In this document: positions 1 to 13,894 of the stretch, piece after piece | Numbering within the stretch: the stretch's first letter is position 1 | How the letters are laid out: each line of letters starts with the position of its first letter | DNA from: Carcharhinus amblyrhynchos | Taxonomy: Eukaryota | Assembly: GCA_965287045.1 (NCBI GenBank) | Contig: OZ336885.1 | Span: 65,720,001-65,784,000 of the forward strand | Direction of reading: 5' to 3' | Length of the DNA stretch: 64,000 bases | Notes under the pieces: model-generated | What the model was told of the DNA's origin: nothing | Database searches by the model: none | Seen by the model: the letters and a program-made list of their open reading frames with translations, nothing else | Translations under genes and position numbers: made by a program

Positions 1-1480
1 AGTGACGTTAACTGCCTCCAACAGTCTTTCAGGTAGCAGGTTCCATATCTACATCACAATTTGGGCCCTTTCATTTACACCCCCAAGACCCCTTTAAAAT
101 TGCTCCATGTGATTAAACAATCATCATCTGCAAGGCATAATATAATCCTAAAGTCTGCCCTACCTATTCTTCTCATAACGTAGTATATCTGCATCAGAGA
201 CACCTTCAGCTTCGAAACCGTCCAAAACACACAAAAAAAAAGCCCATCTGGTCGCCCCCGTAGCTGACTATGTCATTCAAAGGCAGCATCTAGGTGAATT
301 TTCAATGCGTCATCTCCACTGCAGTCACATCCTTCCGACAGTTTGGAGAGGGAAAATGCAAAAAAAAAGCTCAATTTGTGGACTAACAATGCTTTGCAAA
401 ATGTCCTGAGCCCTCCACACTGTCAAAATACAGGTCCGTGTTAAGGAAGGCAGACATTATTCATGCCTAATTCACCAGGAAATCAAAATATGCTGCGCTT
501 TCAGCGCATTATGCACGTGCACCAAAGAGTCTGTTTGCCCGTCATTCCGCGCCCCCGCCCCCGCCCCCAACCCACCCGAATCCACTGTTCAGTTTATGTA
601 TGCTCCCATTATTAGAGCATGCAAAATACATGTCCTCACACTTGTGAAAAAATGGAGTTCTGCATGCCATTGTTCTTTCCAATTTTAGCAGCTGATCAAT
701 GTTGTTCTGTTTCTTGAGGCTCTCCTCCTTGTTTTAACCAACGCAAACACGTTACATATCGTCTGCAAACTTATTAAATATCCCTTCTTCATTCATATCC
801 AATTCGTTAATGTATATAACAAACTGAAAACGTCGTATACAGATTCAAATATAGTACACGGTTTGTGGCAAGTTTCCAATCAACAAAAGGAACGATGATC
901 TTCTGTCTCTCTTTGTCTTATTTTAACCTGCGTTTGGATCCAAATTTCTATCTATCCCCGACCTAACGTTTTTGACTAGCACTCCACGGCGGGTCCTTTT
1001 CAAACACATGACAGAAGTCCAGGAATAAAACTTCCACCGTGATAACAACATGAACAAAATGTTTAGTTATATCTTCAAATGTATCTCCAACAATCAAACC
1101 CGTGCTGTCGATCCCTGATCGACCTTGGGTTTTTGTTTTTCTGGTGTTGTTTAGTCTCGTCCTTCAGAATTGTTTGCAAAAACAAAACGCCATTGATTGC
1201 AGACAAATTAAACTGCAATAGCAGGCTTACCCACCCGGCCTTTCTGGAAGTAAGGTGCAACATTCGCTACCTTTCCTGCCAGCAGGTAACTCAATTGTGG
1301 CCAGCGAAAGTTCATATATCTCTGTCATGCAGTGAAACATTAGAGGTGTCTTTTACGAAGCAGGTGCCATGATTGAAGTTTTGCTGTGAGCTGAATGCGA
1401 CGCAAAAAAAAATAGCTTGCACGTATTCAGAACTGAAACAGGAAGCCTTCAGCCATACTCCAGTGACCTGACCCTCACTT
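1..1480 (-). mobile_element. Old, heavily decayed CR1 LINE ORF2 (RT) fragment
   Basis: Minus strand ~757-820 reads VIYINELDMNEEGIFNKFADD (CR1 RT FADD motif); ~1060-1090 reads TFEDITK (cf. FFEDVT); 1100-1310 follows the CR1 NYRP/QHGF region. Boundaries approximate. Confidence 0.8.
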
Positions 1481-1659
1481 CCGAAAAAAAAAGTCACAGG
1501 AATTAAAGAAGTCGCTTAACGACGTTGACATTATCATCATAGTTAAACCAGACATTAACGCATTAATGTTAGTCCCTTAAGTAAGTCAATGTTTTTTTTC
1601 ATAAATCAAGAATAAATCCAAGTGTATAGTGTGCATCAAAACAAATTGGTGTGTACCGC

Positions 1660-1681
1660 ATGCACGTCTTGTTCTGGGATG
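1660..1681 (+). CDS. Possible start-codon exon of the micro-exon gene (MHVLFWD, phase-1 end)
   Basis: ATG at 1660, strong donor G|gtgagt after 1681 in phase 1, upstream acceptor tttttttcataaatcaag at 1610; joins in frame to 2085. Weak Kozak context. Confidence 0.25.
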
Positions 1682-2084
1682 GTGAGTATATGAACAATTT
1701 TGTTGATGGACAACACTAAATTTTGTGGGCTAAATCGTTGTAATTGCCCTGAGACTTATATCGAATTTTCATGGTACAAAGCCGGATCAAATGGTAGCAA
1801 GCACTTTAAAAAAAAATATTGCGTATTTGGTTATTCATAATTGATTTTGAAATTGACAATTGCATTATTTGAGATAGCTGGACTTTAATGTTTCGCATCC
1901 ATGTCAGTAATCGCGATATCTGAGCGACCAGTTGTTGATGGAAGGGAGCTCAGCAAATATTTTTTTTTCCCATCAATTTGGATTCTGTAACCGACTGTTT
2001 ATCACATTGACTGAACTCCTTCCTCAGGAATCTGTAAATAGTACCTGCACTGCGAACATCTAACAATGTAATATTGCATTTTAG

Positions 2085-2120
2085 ATCTGGACAGAATGTA
2101 CGCAAAGCTCAAACAACAAG
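2085..2120 (+). CDS. Micro-exon, 36 nt, phase 1-1 (DLDRMYAKLKQQ)
   Basis: Branch-like ctaac, acceptor attgcattttag, donor AAG|gtagtc, open frame. Confidence 0.65.
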
Positions 2121-3722
2121 GTAGTCCGAATAACAACAGCTTATTATTCGAAGGGCAGCAATGATTTTGCGAGTTAACTAACGTTTTATCTCTGGTAAAG
2201 GAAGAATGATGCATGTGTTGAACGGTATAATATGTATCAATACTGCTAAATTTTAAAATAATACGTGCTGACCTGAGGTAAATAAAGAACATCAATCCTT
2301 GGAGTGTTTAACGAAGTGAATTTATTAAGCATGCGTCCTATTGTAGAATCATACGGAGCTGGAATTAAATGAATAAGCCAATAACGCGTCTCCAATTGGA
2401 AGCATCCATTTAGATACCTCGTGCTGATGGAGGCCGTAAAGGTTATAATCTTTCCTTCTTAATATTTGGAGAAATTTGCGTCCTCTATTTATTTACATCA
2501 CAGTTAACCAATTCTTGATAAGTAATGTGCTAAAATATTTCAGCGGAAGGTGGGAACATGGATCAGTGAAATCAACCAGGATATTCGTGGTATACTCAAT
2601 TCGCGTAGTCCTATTCATCAGCACACGACATGTGTGACAGAGATGTCGGTAATTATATATGTCTAACAAGTACAAAAGCCAAATGTATGAACATAAAAAC
2701 GCAAACGTCAAGGGAAGAGCTAATAGAAACATGGGAAAGAAATGGGTGTCAATTTGGTGTTGGGCTGATTAAGGTAAATTGATATAAATGATTCAATGGT
2801 ACACGAACTCAGTACACAGCAACTGAGCAGAACAAGCTTTGTATTTTGTTTGCACTAACTGAGACTAAAAATGTTGAATGAACAACTGAAATAATCGAAG
2901 TCGGATCACCACAATGAAATAAATCTAAAAAGGAAGAAAACGAGCGATTGACAGAGCTTATACATTTGGAACAATTACAACGGTATTTTGGATAGTCAGT
3001 CCAACGGATCCAAGCAGACTCAACTTATTTTGAGCCGCGATTATAATTTATTTGATAGCATAGATGACGTCTACACAACTGTGCAGAGAGAGAAAAAAAA
3101 CATTTGCAAGACAACATGTGCGTTGTTTGCTGGAACATAGAGGGTTGTCAAAGTCATTCTTTCGAAGATTCTGCAATAAATTTGTGTTTCAACGTTTTGA
3201 TTTTGCCCGATGGCGTGTAATAATCACTGTGACAGAAACAAAATGAGAGCGCACTGGAACTATTAGTGACGCACGTTATTCTGTTCCATGCTTCCTTTTA
3301 AATCTTTCAGTAAAATCATATCGGCATTTTTTTTCATTATCTGCATCAATCTAAAAGTACGTTCAACATGACAGCACATAAAGACAAAAAAAGGCATGCT
3401 ACATTGCACAGTGGAAAATCTCTAAAATAAATAAGACATATTCTAATTGACAATGCTGGGATGTTCATCGCATGCATTTCTGTCAGATGAGTGTTTTTTT
3501 GAAAAAAAATATACGGTGTCGAATAAATTGAGGAATTAACATACATATACAGTTTTAAAAGAAGACTTACCACGATATTCCCATAAAATGATGGGCATAG
3601 ACACAACAAGACGCAGATGTCAATGATCAAATGCGTGTATATGATTCTGAGACGCAACCAGTCATCGTTAAGTTCCCTTTTCAAAACAAGCAACAATATT
3701 AAATAATAATATTGTTTTGCAG

Positions 3723-3749
3723 AGGAAGAGTTCCAGCGGAAATCAAACG
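3723..3749 (+). CDS. Micro-exon, 27 nt, phase 1-1 (EEEFQRKSN)
   Basis: Acceptor attgttttgcag, donor ACG|gtaaat, open frame. Confidence 0.65.
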
Positions 3750-6433
3750 GTAAATAAAGAACGAGTGCAGGCAATGTTTGCAGTTGATCATTTATGCAAT
3801 ATAAAAACACAATATAGAATATTGTTTGATTTTTCTGATTAGTATTTCACCTGCGTTGCGAATGTGCCCAACATAGCTTTAAGCAAACTTTCCATCGTTA
3901 ATTCTCAAATACGAAGGACATACTTGGAGCTGTCCGTTTATTACTGGCTGATATTAAGGATCGTTACTTGCAAGTGGTATTTAGATTTGATTGAGATGAA
4001 GTAAAATAATTTGTTAGCGACGCTTAATTCACAACACACTTTGCATTCACTGCCGTATTTAGGACGAAACGCCTCTTAGAAGAAGATCGCAATTATAGAG
4101 GAGATTCAACCAAAATCTGTTCCATAAAAATATTAGTTTGAATTATGTATCCAAGTTGTGTGTTATGTGAAAGTTAAGACACAGAGATAGATGTTTCATG
4201 TTGCGATCTTTTCTTTAAAAGGAGCACAATTCCTTTTGTTTCATTTCCCGTTATCAAAAATATGCTCTCATTTGCTTTGCGAACATTCAAACGCTCTGAA
4301 ATGAATCGGTGATCTTTTCATCACAAGTAGATATTTCCATCGGTTTAAAACTGCGGCAATGATTTCAACTTTCACAGGAACGGGAGAATATTCATGTCAC
4401 ACCAGCACTTATTCAACTTGTGCAAATAAATTGTGGCAAGACACACTTTTTTTGCACAACGGATAATACGAAGTGCGATGTAATTCTAAATGCTCTTACA
4501 CTTGAAGAGGCAACTTTTGCATGATAGATATGCTCCCATAAATTGGGTCTCATAATCCGTTCTTACACGCCAATAGAGGGAATGCAACAGTGTCCTATGT
4601 CCGACTGGCATACATGTATTACCCGTCCTCATATATTACAGTTAGCAGCAAAGACATAACAATAATTATGGATCAAGATAATTCTGATGCTGGGATTAAG
4701 TGTTCCTTTCAAGAATGGCGAAGTTGAAACTACCAAATATTATTTTCAAATATTATATTATTTGTGTCACTTCGTGAAATGTTGTGTTCGCCAGCATTTG
4801 ATTGCAAAGCCAAATTGCCCTTGCGTGTTTGGTGCTGAACAGCGTATTTGCTTCGTAAGCATACAGATGCAGACCTTCAGCGTTCTTACGGAAGAAGTTC
4901 TAATTGTAATGCAATAGCCGGGAAGGAAAGGCAAGGTAGTCATATGCAAATACGTATTGCAATTGCGTGAACATTTGAAGTTGGCGATCTTTCTGGTTCG
5001 CGGTGTTGAGGCGCAGTTCCTGAAATACAACGCTGCAAACAAGCTTCAGTGGATATGTCATGTGTCTTTTGTGTGTCCTATACATTTGTTTTCTCTGTAG
5101 TTTCCCATATACAAAGTGAATTTTCGAACTTTTGGATGGACTGCATTCCATCTGAAATGCTTTGGCCAGGATGTTGCAGAGCCGACCAATGTTACTGGAA
5201 TTAACTCATTCCGTTAGGGGTCCAGAACTATTTTTAAAAAAAGAAAAAATATCTCGTGCAACGTGGGAAAGAAACTCTAGGGAGAGAGAAGGTGGACTGG
5301 GCATTTCCCAGAATGGCTTGCGCCAGATTATTTTTTTCTGGTCAATGCATATTTTCACAATAATAATTAATTAAGAGGACAACATCATATTAGGCCATTG
5401 AATGGCAAGGGGGTATCGGGACTTTGGAACCATCAAAACAAAGCATGCATAAAATGCAAACGTCACTTGAGGGTCATTATTCAACTGTAAAGTATTATCC
5501 AGATTGTGACGAATATCATGTTTCACGATATTCTCGCCGCGAATGCTACTGAATACTGCAGGGTTAAGTAAATGCACTTCACCAGAAATGAATTTGAGAC
5601 GCCGAATGGTAAAACAGCTGAAGGTGACTGACTTGAGAGCAATTATTTGAAAAAAGAATGTTGCAACAATGGCTAGTCACATTGCGAATTGGCATGAATC
5701 TCCAACCAACATATGATCTGCACTAAGCGTTTCTGGAGGATTCGAGGCTTCACTGAAGAACACAAACGTTATCGCATTTAGTTTTATTTCGTGAGCGTTC
5801 CTGTGCAAATTTACTCTGAGCAGCACGCCATTCGAGCGCCCCTGCTGTTTATTTTGACAGGCAGTTGCTCCGAATTCATGGCATCCATTTATACTGCTGA
5901 TAAATCATTGAATAATTTCTGGAACATTGTGATGCGGCAGGTACACAGAACGTGTCCCTCTTCCCAGTTTGGTTTTTCATAACGCTTACTGTGTTTTTTT
6001 TTTAATAGCTCGCACCACATTTCGGGCATCTTCAGTAGACAGGCATCCAGATGCCATCTGCACGCTTCTTTAATGGTCCGTGGGAAGATCTGCATTTTTA
6101 GCAAATCCCTTTTAGTCTCTAATTGAGTAACTTTCTGGATACCTTCAGGGCCATTTCGCTGATTGCTGCATTGATTTTGGGCAAGATTATGCGAAGTTCA
6201 ATTCAAGTGAGAATGGTGGTTTCCCTTCTTTGGCGGGCTTTAAGAATCACTTTTTTTTGCAACACTAAGTAGGTTGGCCATCATGAAAATAACATTCGGA
6301 TGCAAAGGCTTTTCTAACTGCGAACTAAAATTTTAATTGAATTCATTGCCTTATAATTCCCATTAAGGTTTTGTACCTGTAGGTCAAGGTCATTAGAGAA
6401 ATGTCAGTGTTACTATTCACATGATTTAAGAGC

Positions 6434-7740
6434 ATAAGAACATAAGAAATAGGAGTAGGAATAGGCCATCTAGCCCTTCGAGCCTGCCCCGCCATTCAAT
6501 AAGATCATGGCTGATCTGTCGTGGCTCAGTTCCACATTCCCGCCCTCTCCCCATAACCTTTAATCCCCTCGCTTATCAAAAACCCATCAACCCGCGTCTT
6601 AAAAATATTTAGCGAGGCAGCCTCCACCACCTCAACAGGCAGAGAATTCCAGAGGTTCACCACCCTTTGAGTGAAGAAGTTCCTCCTCAACTCCGTTCTA
6701 ACCCCCCCCCCCCTTTTATCTTGAGGCTGTGCCCCCTAGTCCTACTGTCCTTTCAGAGAAGGAAGAGTCGCTCCACCTCTATCCGATCCATCCCATTCAT
6801 CATCTTATACGTCTCAATGAGATCTCCCCTCATCCTTCTAAACTCTAACGAGTACAAGCCTAGTTTATTCAGCCTCTCCTTATAGCCCAACCCCCTCAAC
6901 TCCGGTATCAGCCTAGTAAACCTCCTCTGCACTCCCTCCAAGGCCAAAATATCCTTGCGTAAGTACGGCGACCAAAACTGCACATAGTACTCCAGCTGCG
7001 GCCTCACCAATGCCCTATACAGCTACAGCAAGACCTCCCTACTTTTATATTCAATCCCCCTCGCTATGAAGGCCAGCATCCCTTTAGCCTTCCTGACCAC
7101 CTGCTGCACCTGCAGGCTGGGTTTTTGCGACTCATGCACAAGGACCCCGAGGTCCCTCTGCACCGTCGCCTGCTGCAGTTTTTCGCCACGTAAGAAATAG
7201 TCCTTCCTACCATTATTCCTACCAAAGTGGACCACCTCGCACTTGCCAACATTAAATTCCATTTGCCATTTCCTGGCCCATTCGCCCAGCCTACCTAGAT
7301 CCTTCTGCAGACTCTCCACACCCTCCGCGCAATTTGCCGTTCCCCCAACCTTGGTGTCATCAGCAAATTTCGACACCCTACACTCGGTTCCCTCCTCCAG
7401 ATCATCTATATAAATGGTTAGTAGCTGAGGCCCCAGCACCGACCCCTGGGGCACTCCACTAGTTACCATCCGCCAATCCGAATAGCACCTGTTGACCCCC
7501 ACTCTCTGCCTCCTATTTGACAACCAATCCTCTATCCACGCTAACACCCTACCCCCAACTCCATGCCCCCTTACCTTCTGCAATAACCTCTTGTGAGGTA
7601 TCTTGTCAAACGCCTTCTGAAAAACAAGAAAGACCACATCCACCGGCCCTCCTCTATCCACCGCCCTAGACACATCCTCATAGAACTCCAATAAATTTGT
7701 CAGACACGACTTCCCCTGAACGAAACCGTGCAGCGTCTCC
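6434..7740 (-). mobile_element. Young 5'-truncated CR1 LINE (RT domain plus 3' UTR)
   Basis: ORF 7023-7748 has HGFVQGKSCLTNLLEF, SGVPQGSVLGP, KFADD; ORF 6753-7010 continues after a single stop; 3' tail repeat (cataagaa)2 at 6434-6449. Confidence 0.97.
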
Positions 7741-8254
7741 TCGATCAAGCAATTCCGCTCAAGATTTTACTATTACATCTGCTTTCCTTGGGAGCGGCAG
7801 AGTCGTGCTGTTTGGACAACGGAAAATATTGCATCCGCTATGTTAAGAACATATTTCCCCTTCGCAAAGGTTTCATGACTTGGCGCGCATACCGAGTATT
7901 GTCCAGATTCGTCTGTTACAAGTGAATTGCAAAGGTCGCGGTGTGGAGCCTCTAGATATTTCCAATTGTAAGATAACCGAAGAACTTTGAAATAATGTGG
8001 CAGGGTTGCATATTGATCACTAAACATAATCCTCAAAAGTTTCAGGTAATGGTCACCATAGCGGGTTATCGATTCATTACTTCTCAGAAGGCTAAGTAGC
8101 AGAAGGACTTTTGCCTTTTTGGTACATTCTGTGAGCTTGCATGAGCAATAAATGATGTTCCAAACACTCACTTGGCAAACAGCTGTTGGTTTTATATTAT
8201 TGTGCATCGATCACTTTCTCCTCCTAGCACGGCATGATGACCTGCTCCGTTGGA

Positions 8255-9395
8255 ATTGCATTGATTCAGTACGTTGGTCCAGTGCTTCACAGGGTGGTGA
8301 AGAAGGCATACGGCATGCTTGACTTATTTCGTCAGAAAATTGAATATTGGAGGTGGCATGTCCAGTTGAAGTTCCACAAGACAAAACTAAGCACACTCTT
8401 GGAAACCGGCGTACAGCTCTGCTCACCTTAGTTTTGCATTATTCATTCGTGGGACATGACTGTCGCCTGGCTGTCGAGCATTTAATATTCTATCCCTAGT
8501 TGCCCTTTAGAAACTGGTGGTAAGGTGTTTTCTTGGTTTGCTGCAGTCCATGTTCTGTGGCTTGTCGAACAATGCTATTTTAGGGAAAGAATTCTAAGAT
8601 GCTGACACAGGGACTACGACGGAACGGCAATGCATTTCCAACTCAGGATGACGAGTGGAGAGGAACTTGCATTTGGTGGTGCTCGTGTGTATCTGCTGCC
8701 CGTATCCTCCTAGATAGTGGTGGTATTGTATTTGGAAGGAGCTCTCGGCGGATATTTTGTGAATTGCCGAAGTGCATCTTGTAGATAGCACTCACTGCTG
8801 CCATTGATTTTCAGTGTTGTGGAGATTAAGTCTATTTTGATGTATTGCTAATCAAGCGGGCTGTTTTATCCTGGATGGTGTCAAGCTTCTTGACTGTTGT
8901 TGGAGACGCACCTATCCAGACAAGTGGTGATTATTCAATCACACTCGTAACTTCTTGCAGGCGGTAGATAGTCTTTAGGGTGACAGGTGTGGTTTACTGG
9001 CCACGAGACTTTGGACAAACTGAGACATTTTCCCTGGAGGGTAGGAGGCTTGGGGTGGTCATATAGAGGTCCATGTAATAACGAGGGTCATAGATCGCAC
9101 AGATAGTGAGGATCAGTTCCCAAAGGTAGGGGTATCTAAATATAAGGGTCAGGGGTAGTCATCAAAAATGATACAGAGGGACAATTGTTTCCACACAGAG
9201 AATGTTGATTGACTGGAGCGAGTTGCCAGAAGTAGTAGTAGATATGGGTACAATTTTAACTTTTTTTGTTACATGGGTAAAAATGGTGTGACGGGCTGGG
9301 GGGAAATGGAGACATTTGGGGCTTTCTCGGCGTAAAAATAACAGTGTGGATAAGTTGGGACCAAGTGTCTGTAAAGATGTTTTGAACCTGTACGA
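8255..9395 (+). mobile_element. Decayed CR1 3' fragment, split by an inserted LINE end
   Basis: RVVKKAYGML...KIEY at ~8290-8350; CR1 continues from ~9001 (LDKLRHFPLE) to a decayed 3' UTR. Confidence 0.75.
8438..9000 (-). mobile_element. 3' end of an L2/CR1-group LINE inserted in the CR1 fragment
   Basis: tgaa-like tail at ~8440 and a 3' UTR shared with the copy at 14910-15160; minus strand resembles the LINE RT C-terminus (e.g. IYKMHFGNS). Confidence 0.7.
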
Positions 9396-9889
9396 ATGAA
9401 TTATTTTATTTTGAGCACTGTCTATTATGAGCCGTGTGAAAATACTGTCAAACAAAATAATAATTCATGTGAACTAAACTGCAACTTGACTCGGGCTCTG
9501 AGTGATTTAACTGTTGTGTCGCATTGTGGGCCGTCCTCGTGCTTTGATAAATTCGATAAATGCAAGTGGTGTTCCTTATTTGCTTTAGAAACAAATGGAA
9601 TGCGTGTGTCTGTCTGTTCGTAAGACCAGTTTTGTGACAAAAGTTTTATTTCAATTCCTTTACAAAATGTTCTGATGAATTCGCCCTGCTGAAGGCACAC
9701 AGGGAAAAGTCATTAATGGAAATGCACAATAGTGCCCTGAAATCAAATTACACTTTTCAGCTTTTGCTTATTTGAAAATGTAAATCTATATTGGCCTGCC
9801 AGCATGAGCAATAACGTTTTTTTTAATAAACAAAATAATGAATGAACATTTGGACAATCATCGGCTAATGAAGCGCCAACTGGGTGCAT

Positions 9890-10345
9890 TCAGCTTGGAT
9901 CATTAACGCCATACTGAGAGTAATGAACATTTTGGAGTGTAGTGAGAATTTTATGGACCTGACTGACAACGAAATGTTGATGGACGTAGTATACTTGCAA
10001 TTTCCGAAGGCTTCTGATGAAGCTAAATGAAAGCACATCGGATAGCTGAACGTACATGTGGCGGGCGTAGAGAAAATGTACAGAAGAACTGAACTAGGCA
10101 CTCTCAGCGCGCTGTTGTTAATAAGGAACAGTAAGAATCAACATGTGGGAGAAACTGATCACTTAAATTTCAAACGTTTGGATGTCACGATGAATATTTT
10201 TGGGTCATACAAAATGTGTGAATTTTGTTGAGAGGAAGAGTTAAAGCAAGTCTGTAACATTATAAATGTCTTAGTTGTATGTGCAAGTACAGGATAGATG
10301 GAATACCACGCTCTGGAGGTGGTTTCATGGACTCAATATCATACC
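9890..10345 (+). mobile_element. Very decayed, internally deleted CR1 fragment
   Basis: gacgtagtatacttgcaatttccgaaggcttctgat = DVVYLQFPKASD (cf. DVVYLDFQKAFD); cttatgttc tail near 10332. Confidence 0.6.
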
Positions 10346-10577
10346 GCTGTCCTTATGTTCCTCTGTTCCATCGTAATTTGACGGCCAGCCTTGGCAGCAA
10401 AATGGCCTATCTGCTATAACTTCATTTCAAATTAAACAATCTATATTGCTCATTATCTCAACCTTGATTGTAATGTTATGATTTTTTTTTTTCATTTCAA
10501 AGCAAGAATGGAATGGAATAAACTCTACTGTGTTAGAACTGATTTTTCTGGTCACAGTTAACAATTTATTTCTCAAG

Positions 10578-10613
10578 ACCATCGAGATTGTTTGCGGAAC
10601 TTCAAGGACGTCG
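10578..10613 (+). CDS. Micro-exon, 36 nt, phase 1-1 (DHRDCLRNFKDV)
   Basis: Acceptor tttatttctcaag, donor TCG|gtgaga, open frame. Confidence 0.6.
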
Positions 10614-11028
10614 GTGAGAAAATTCATATTCTTGACAGAGTACAATTATTTCATTTTTTTCATACTACATTTCGCCTTTTTCGATATCAATAAGAAAAAG
10701 ATCAAAGAAGCATTTTAATGAATAGTGCAAGTTAAACACAGAACCTGAAAATGATATACAGCAGTGCTGCAAATGGTTTACAAGAATTCTCGTTCAGCCT
10801 CGTCACCTTATGGCTGTCGACAGTTATCTATGCTAACAATCAGTTGCATGAAATGTCACCTGCATCATCAAATCCATGCCGAAGCATTGGTCATGAGGGC
10901 AGACTGCAGCGAAATATCATTACGGCCTTGAACAGTAGATTGAAATAATACTCTGGTGTAGGAGGTTAGACAACGGGGGAACAATTAAGTTTGAGCGTGG
11001 GGAGGGCGTAGGGCAGGTTGTGTCTATG

Positions 11029-11078
11029 TATATATATAGAGAGAGAGAGAGAGGGAGAGAGAGAGAGAAGAGAGAAAG
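11029..11078. repeat. (TA)n(GA)n microsatellite
   Basis: Directly visible. Confidence 0.9.
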
Positions 11079-12514
11079 AACACTTGGTTTGACCTGTAAA
11101 TTTGAGAGTCCGCCGAATATTTAAGGTATCTGTGTTGTGTAGTACTGGTCGGTCACTTGGCATTCCAAAATGATTGAAATTTAATTTATGACTTAGAATA
11201 CCGAATCAAAACGTAAAATGAAGCTGAGGGATATTGTTACAACTTTTTAGGGAGTCCCACGTTTGCGTAATACAAAATCATATTTAGCTTGGTACACCAG
11301 TGTTTGTGACGGTGAAAGGCGTGGATGTTTCTGCTGGTCGGGCGATGCAAGGTTGCTATTGGGAAAGAGTGAGAGTTGTTCCTCATTGAAAGTGGAGGAT
11401 TGCAAGGACAGTTATGCCAGGAACAATGGTATTATTTTGTTCTGTTCAGGCGCTGTTAGTTATTTTCAATCATATCGTTATGTTTCACGGTCCCGTGAAG
11501 CCATGAAACCAAAATGAGTATTCCTGAGTGGTTCGTGACTGAAAGGCCTCAGTGGGATCGGGGTCTACTCAAATGGATGTCGTGAAATGGACTGTGGTTT
11601 ATTCAAGTTTCACAAATTCGAGGCGTTTACTATCAGTACAGCAATTTATCAGAGATCCTTAAATGTAAGATCCGGTTAGCTGTAAGCTTGCAGATGGCCC
11701 TTGGATGTCGTACTTTTAAGGAGTATGTTGTCTTCGGCCCTGCAATGCGAGAGAGCGGTAGTATCGCTTCCTCTTGTACTTGTTTATTTGGGGGGCGGGC
11801 AGGCTGAGTGTTGTTTTTTTTTTCCTTTTTTTGGATGGACGAATGTCGTTTGTTGATTTATTTGACGGTTGTTGCCTGCACCGTTTTGTTGCATTAACTG
11901 TTCACAACGTTAATTTGGGTATTAGCATATATGCAAGTAATTATCGAGTTACATTGCATGTAGCGTTCACAAGTTGCCATTCTTGGCTTTACGTTCAGAG
12001 ATAATGCCAGAGTGTCCACGAAAGCAGAGGTCGTCCATCGACATTTCCCTGAATGTTGTTGTGTCTTCCTGGATGAAGGATATCATCTCTGTCAGACGTG
12101 CATTCACAAATTGTGTTCTATCTCAATCTTCCACTCATTCTATTTACTTCGGGAAACGCCTGTTAAAGTCCCACACTTAAGTGGAAATTTCGTCTTGAGC
12201 AGTAGAGACCGAATAATACATGCTGCTGACAGATGAGAAATCGTGAAGTTTACCTATTCTAAAATATTGTCTGCGCATGAATTGAATACTCAAATATTAA
12301 AATCAAGTCGTGCAGACATCCAATTACTGAAAGATTGCATTCTCACTAATTAAAGATTTTAAAACAATATTCATCTTTAATGAGTGCGATTTAGTGAGTG
12401 CGATGTATATTTTAATTCCATATGTAAACACCACTTTTCCAGCAAGATTCAAAAGGAAGTATTGAAATGTGTTTGCTTAGTTAATAATCATTATTCTATT
12501 GTATTCATTAACAG

Positions 12515-12541
12515 AAACTGAAATGGTTATCAACGATGCAG
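12515..12541 (+). CDS. Micro-exon, 27 nt, phase 1-1 (ETEMVINDA)
   Basis: Acceptor ttctattgtattcattaacag, donor CAG|gtagct, open frame. Confidence 0.6.
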
Positions 12542-13894
12542 GTAGCTTAAAACAATCAAATTAGCAGAGTATTTAACAGCCGATTTGTTCAATTGACATA
12601 ATATGAAGCAATAACATCGTGAAAGAATACAGTTGAATATTCAACTCCTGAAACATTACTTTTAAAAATGAGACGTGGAGCTGCGTTTGTCACACAACAC
12701 TCTCGTTATTGAACTCATAAGCAAGTGTTGCTGCACGAGGGCTCCTCCTCCCTGCTGAAATGTTTAGGGCTTTGCATGGAGATCCCCGGGCATAATCAGT
12801 TTCCGTTCAGATCCTGGAATTCAAAATGCAGTTGATGACACCAAATGAATGCAAAGATTGGATTTGACTATGCATTTGGCATTATGTGCTTTCTGCTTGA
12901 AACCATGACGTAGAGTGCTGAGTGTTGTGTTGCATCTAAGTATCCCAAGCTAAAATAGAACATTTCTTTGCTTCCAGTGATAAAGATTGAGAGTATACAA
13001 TTGATGTAGAAACCAGGAATGTTAATGCATTTGGTTGAAATGTTCATTAGCTAGGGAGTAAGCTAGAAAGTATGGACTCCCCAGAAGTAATCTGCGGATG
13101 GCAAACAGCCTCAGGCGACCCTGAAAGATAGCCAGGTGTAAAATAAATGAAAGATCAGAAAAAATAAATATCTGCTTCGAGAAATGCTGAAGATCGAGGG
13201 ATCTGGCCAGTGGTTAATTATGTTTCGATACGGACTATTGCACCGTAGAAGGATTGTGTTGTGGGTACTCACGTTGAAGTTCACATTTGTGCTTGGACCT
13301 AATTACGAAAATAAATGTTGCTTGGAAAACATTACAAATATGTATATGCATAGAGAACAAACGATGTTATGTCTTACTGTTGGATGGTACGGCAGAAAAG
13401 CAGGCAGAATCAGGTTGAATAAGGAAACGATTAAATACGACGATGCTACAATACCACATCTAAATGCAAGGAATTTGATTTGGAACCAGCGTAAGTAAAA
13501 CCAAAACGACATATTCATGCAGATATAACGTAAATGCAATAAAGCATCTGTGCTCAATTGGAATGGCTGCTTACCCAATGGAGAGAATTTGAATGGAAAA
13601 GAATCAGAATCAAGGGGTAAAAGGCGTGGTGGTAACACATATCAGTGAACGTATTGCCGTCGAGAATGTTTGTAGTTATTTGGACGTCAAAAAAAAGATT
13701 GATTTTGCGACCTGATGAGGAAACCATCATGATTGTGGAGTAAGATGTTCCAAAGATGAACAACATTTCCAATCATAAGATTATATTTTACAGGACCATT
13801 GTCTATCAACTTAATACGTTATCTGATAGTCAATTCCTATCCGGAACCATCAAGCTATTGGTATCGTTTAGCTTTTGAGAGAACACAAACAGAA

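Noticed and set aside
1067-1285. Apparent transmembrane exon (RPWVFVFLVLFSLVL) with phase-1 donors
   Set aside because: Has an in-frame TAG at 1219-1221 and follows the antisense strand of the old CR1 ORF2 throughout.
13396-13490. Strong donor C|gtaagt at 13490
   Set aside because: No pyrimidine-tract acceptor gives a convincing exon.
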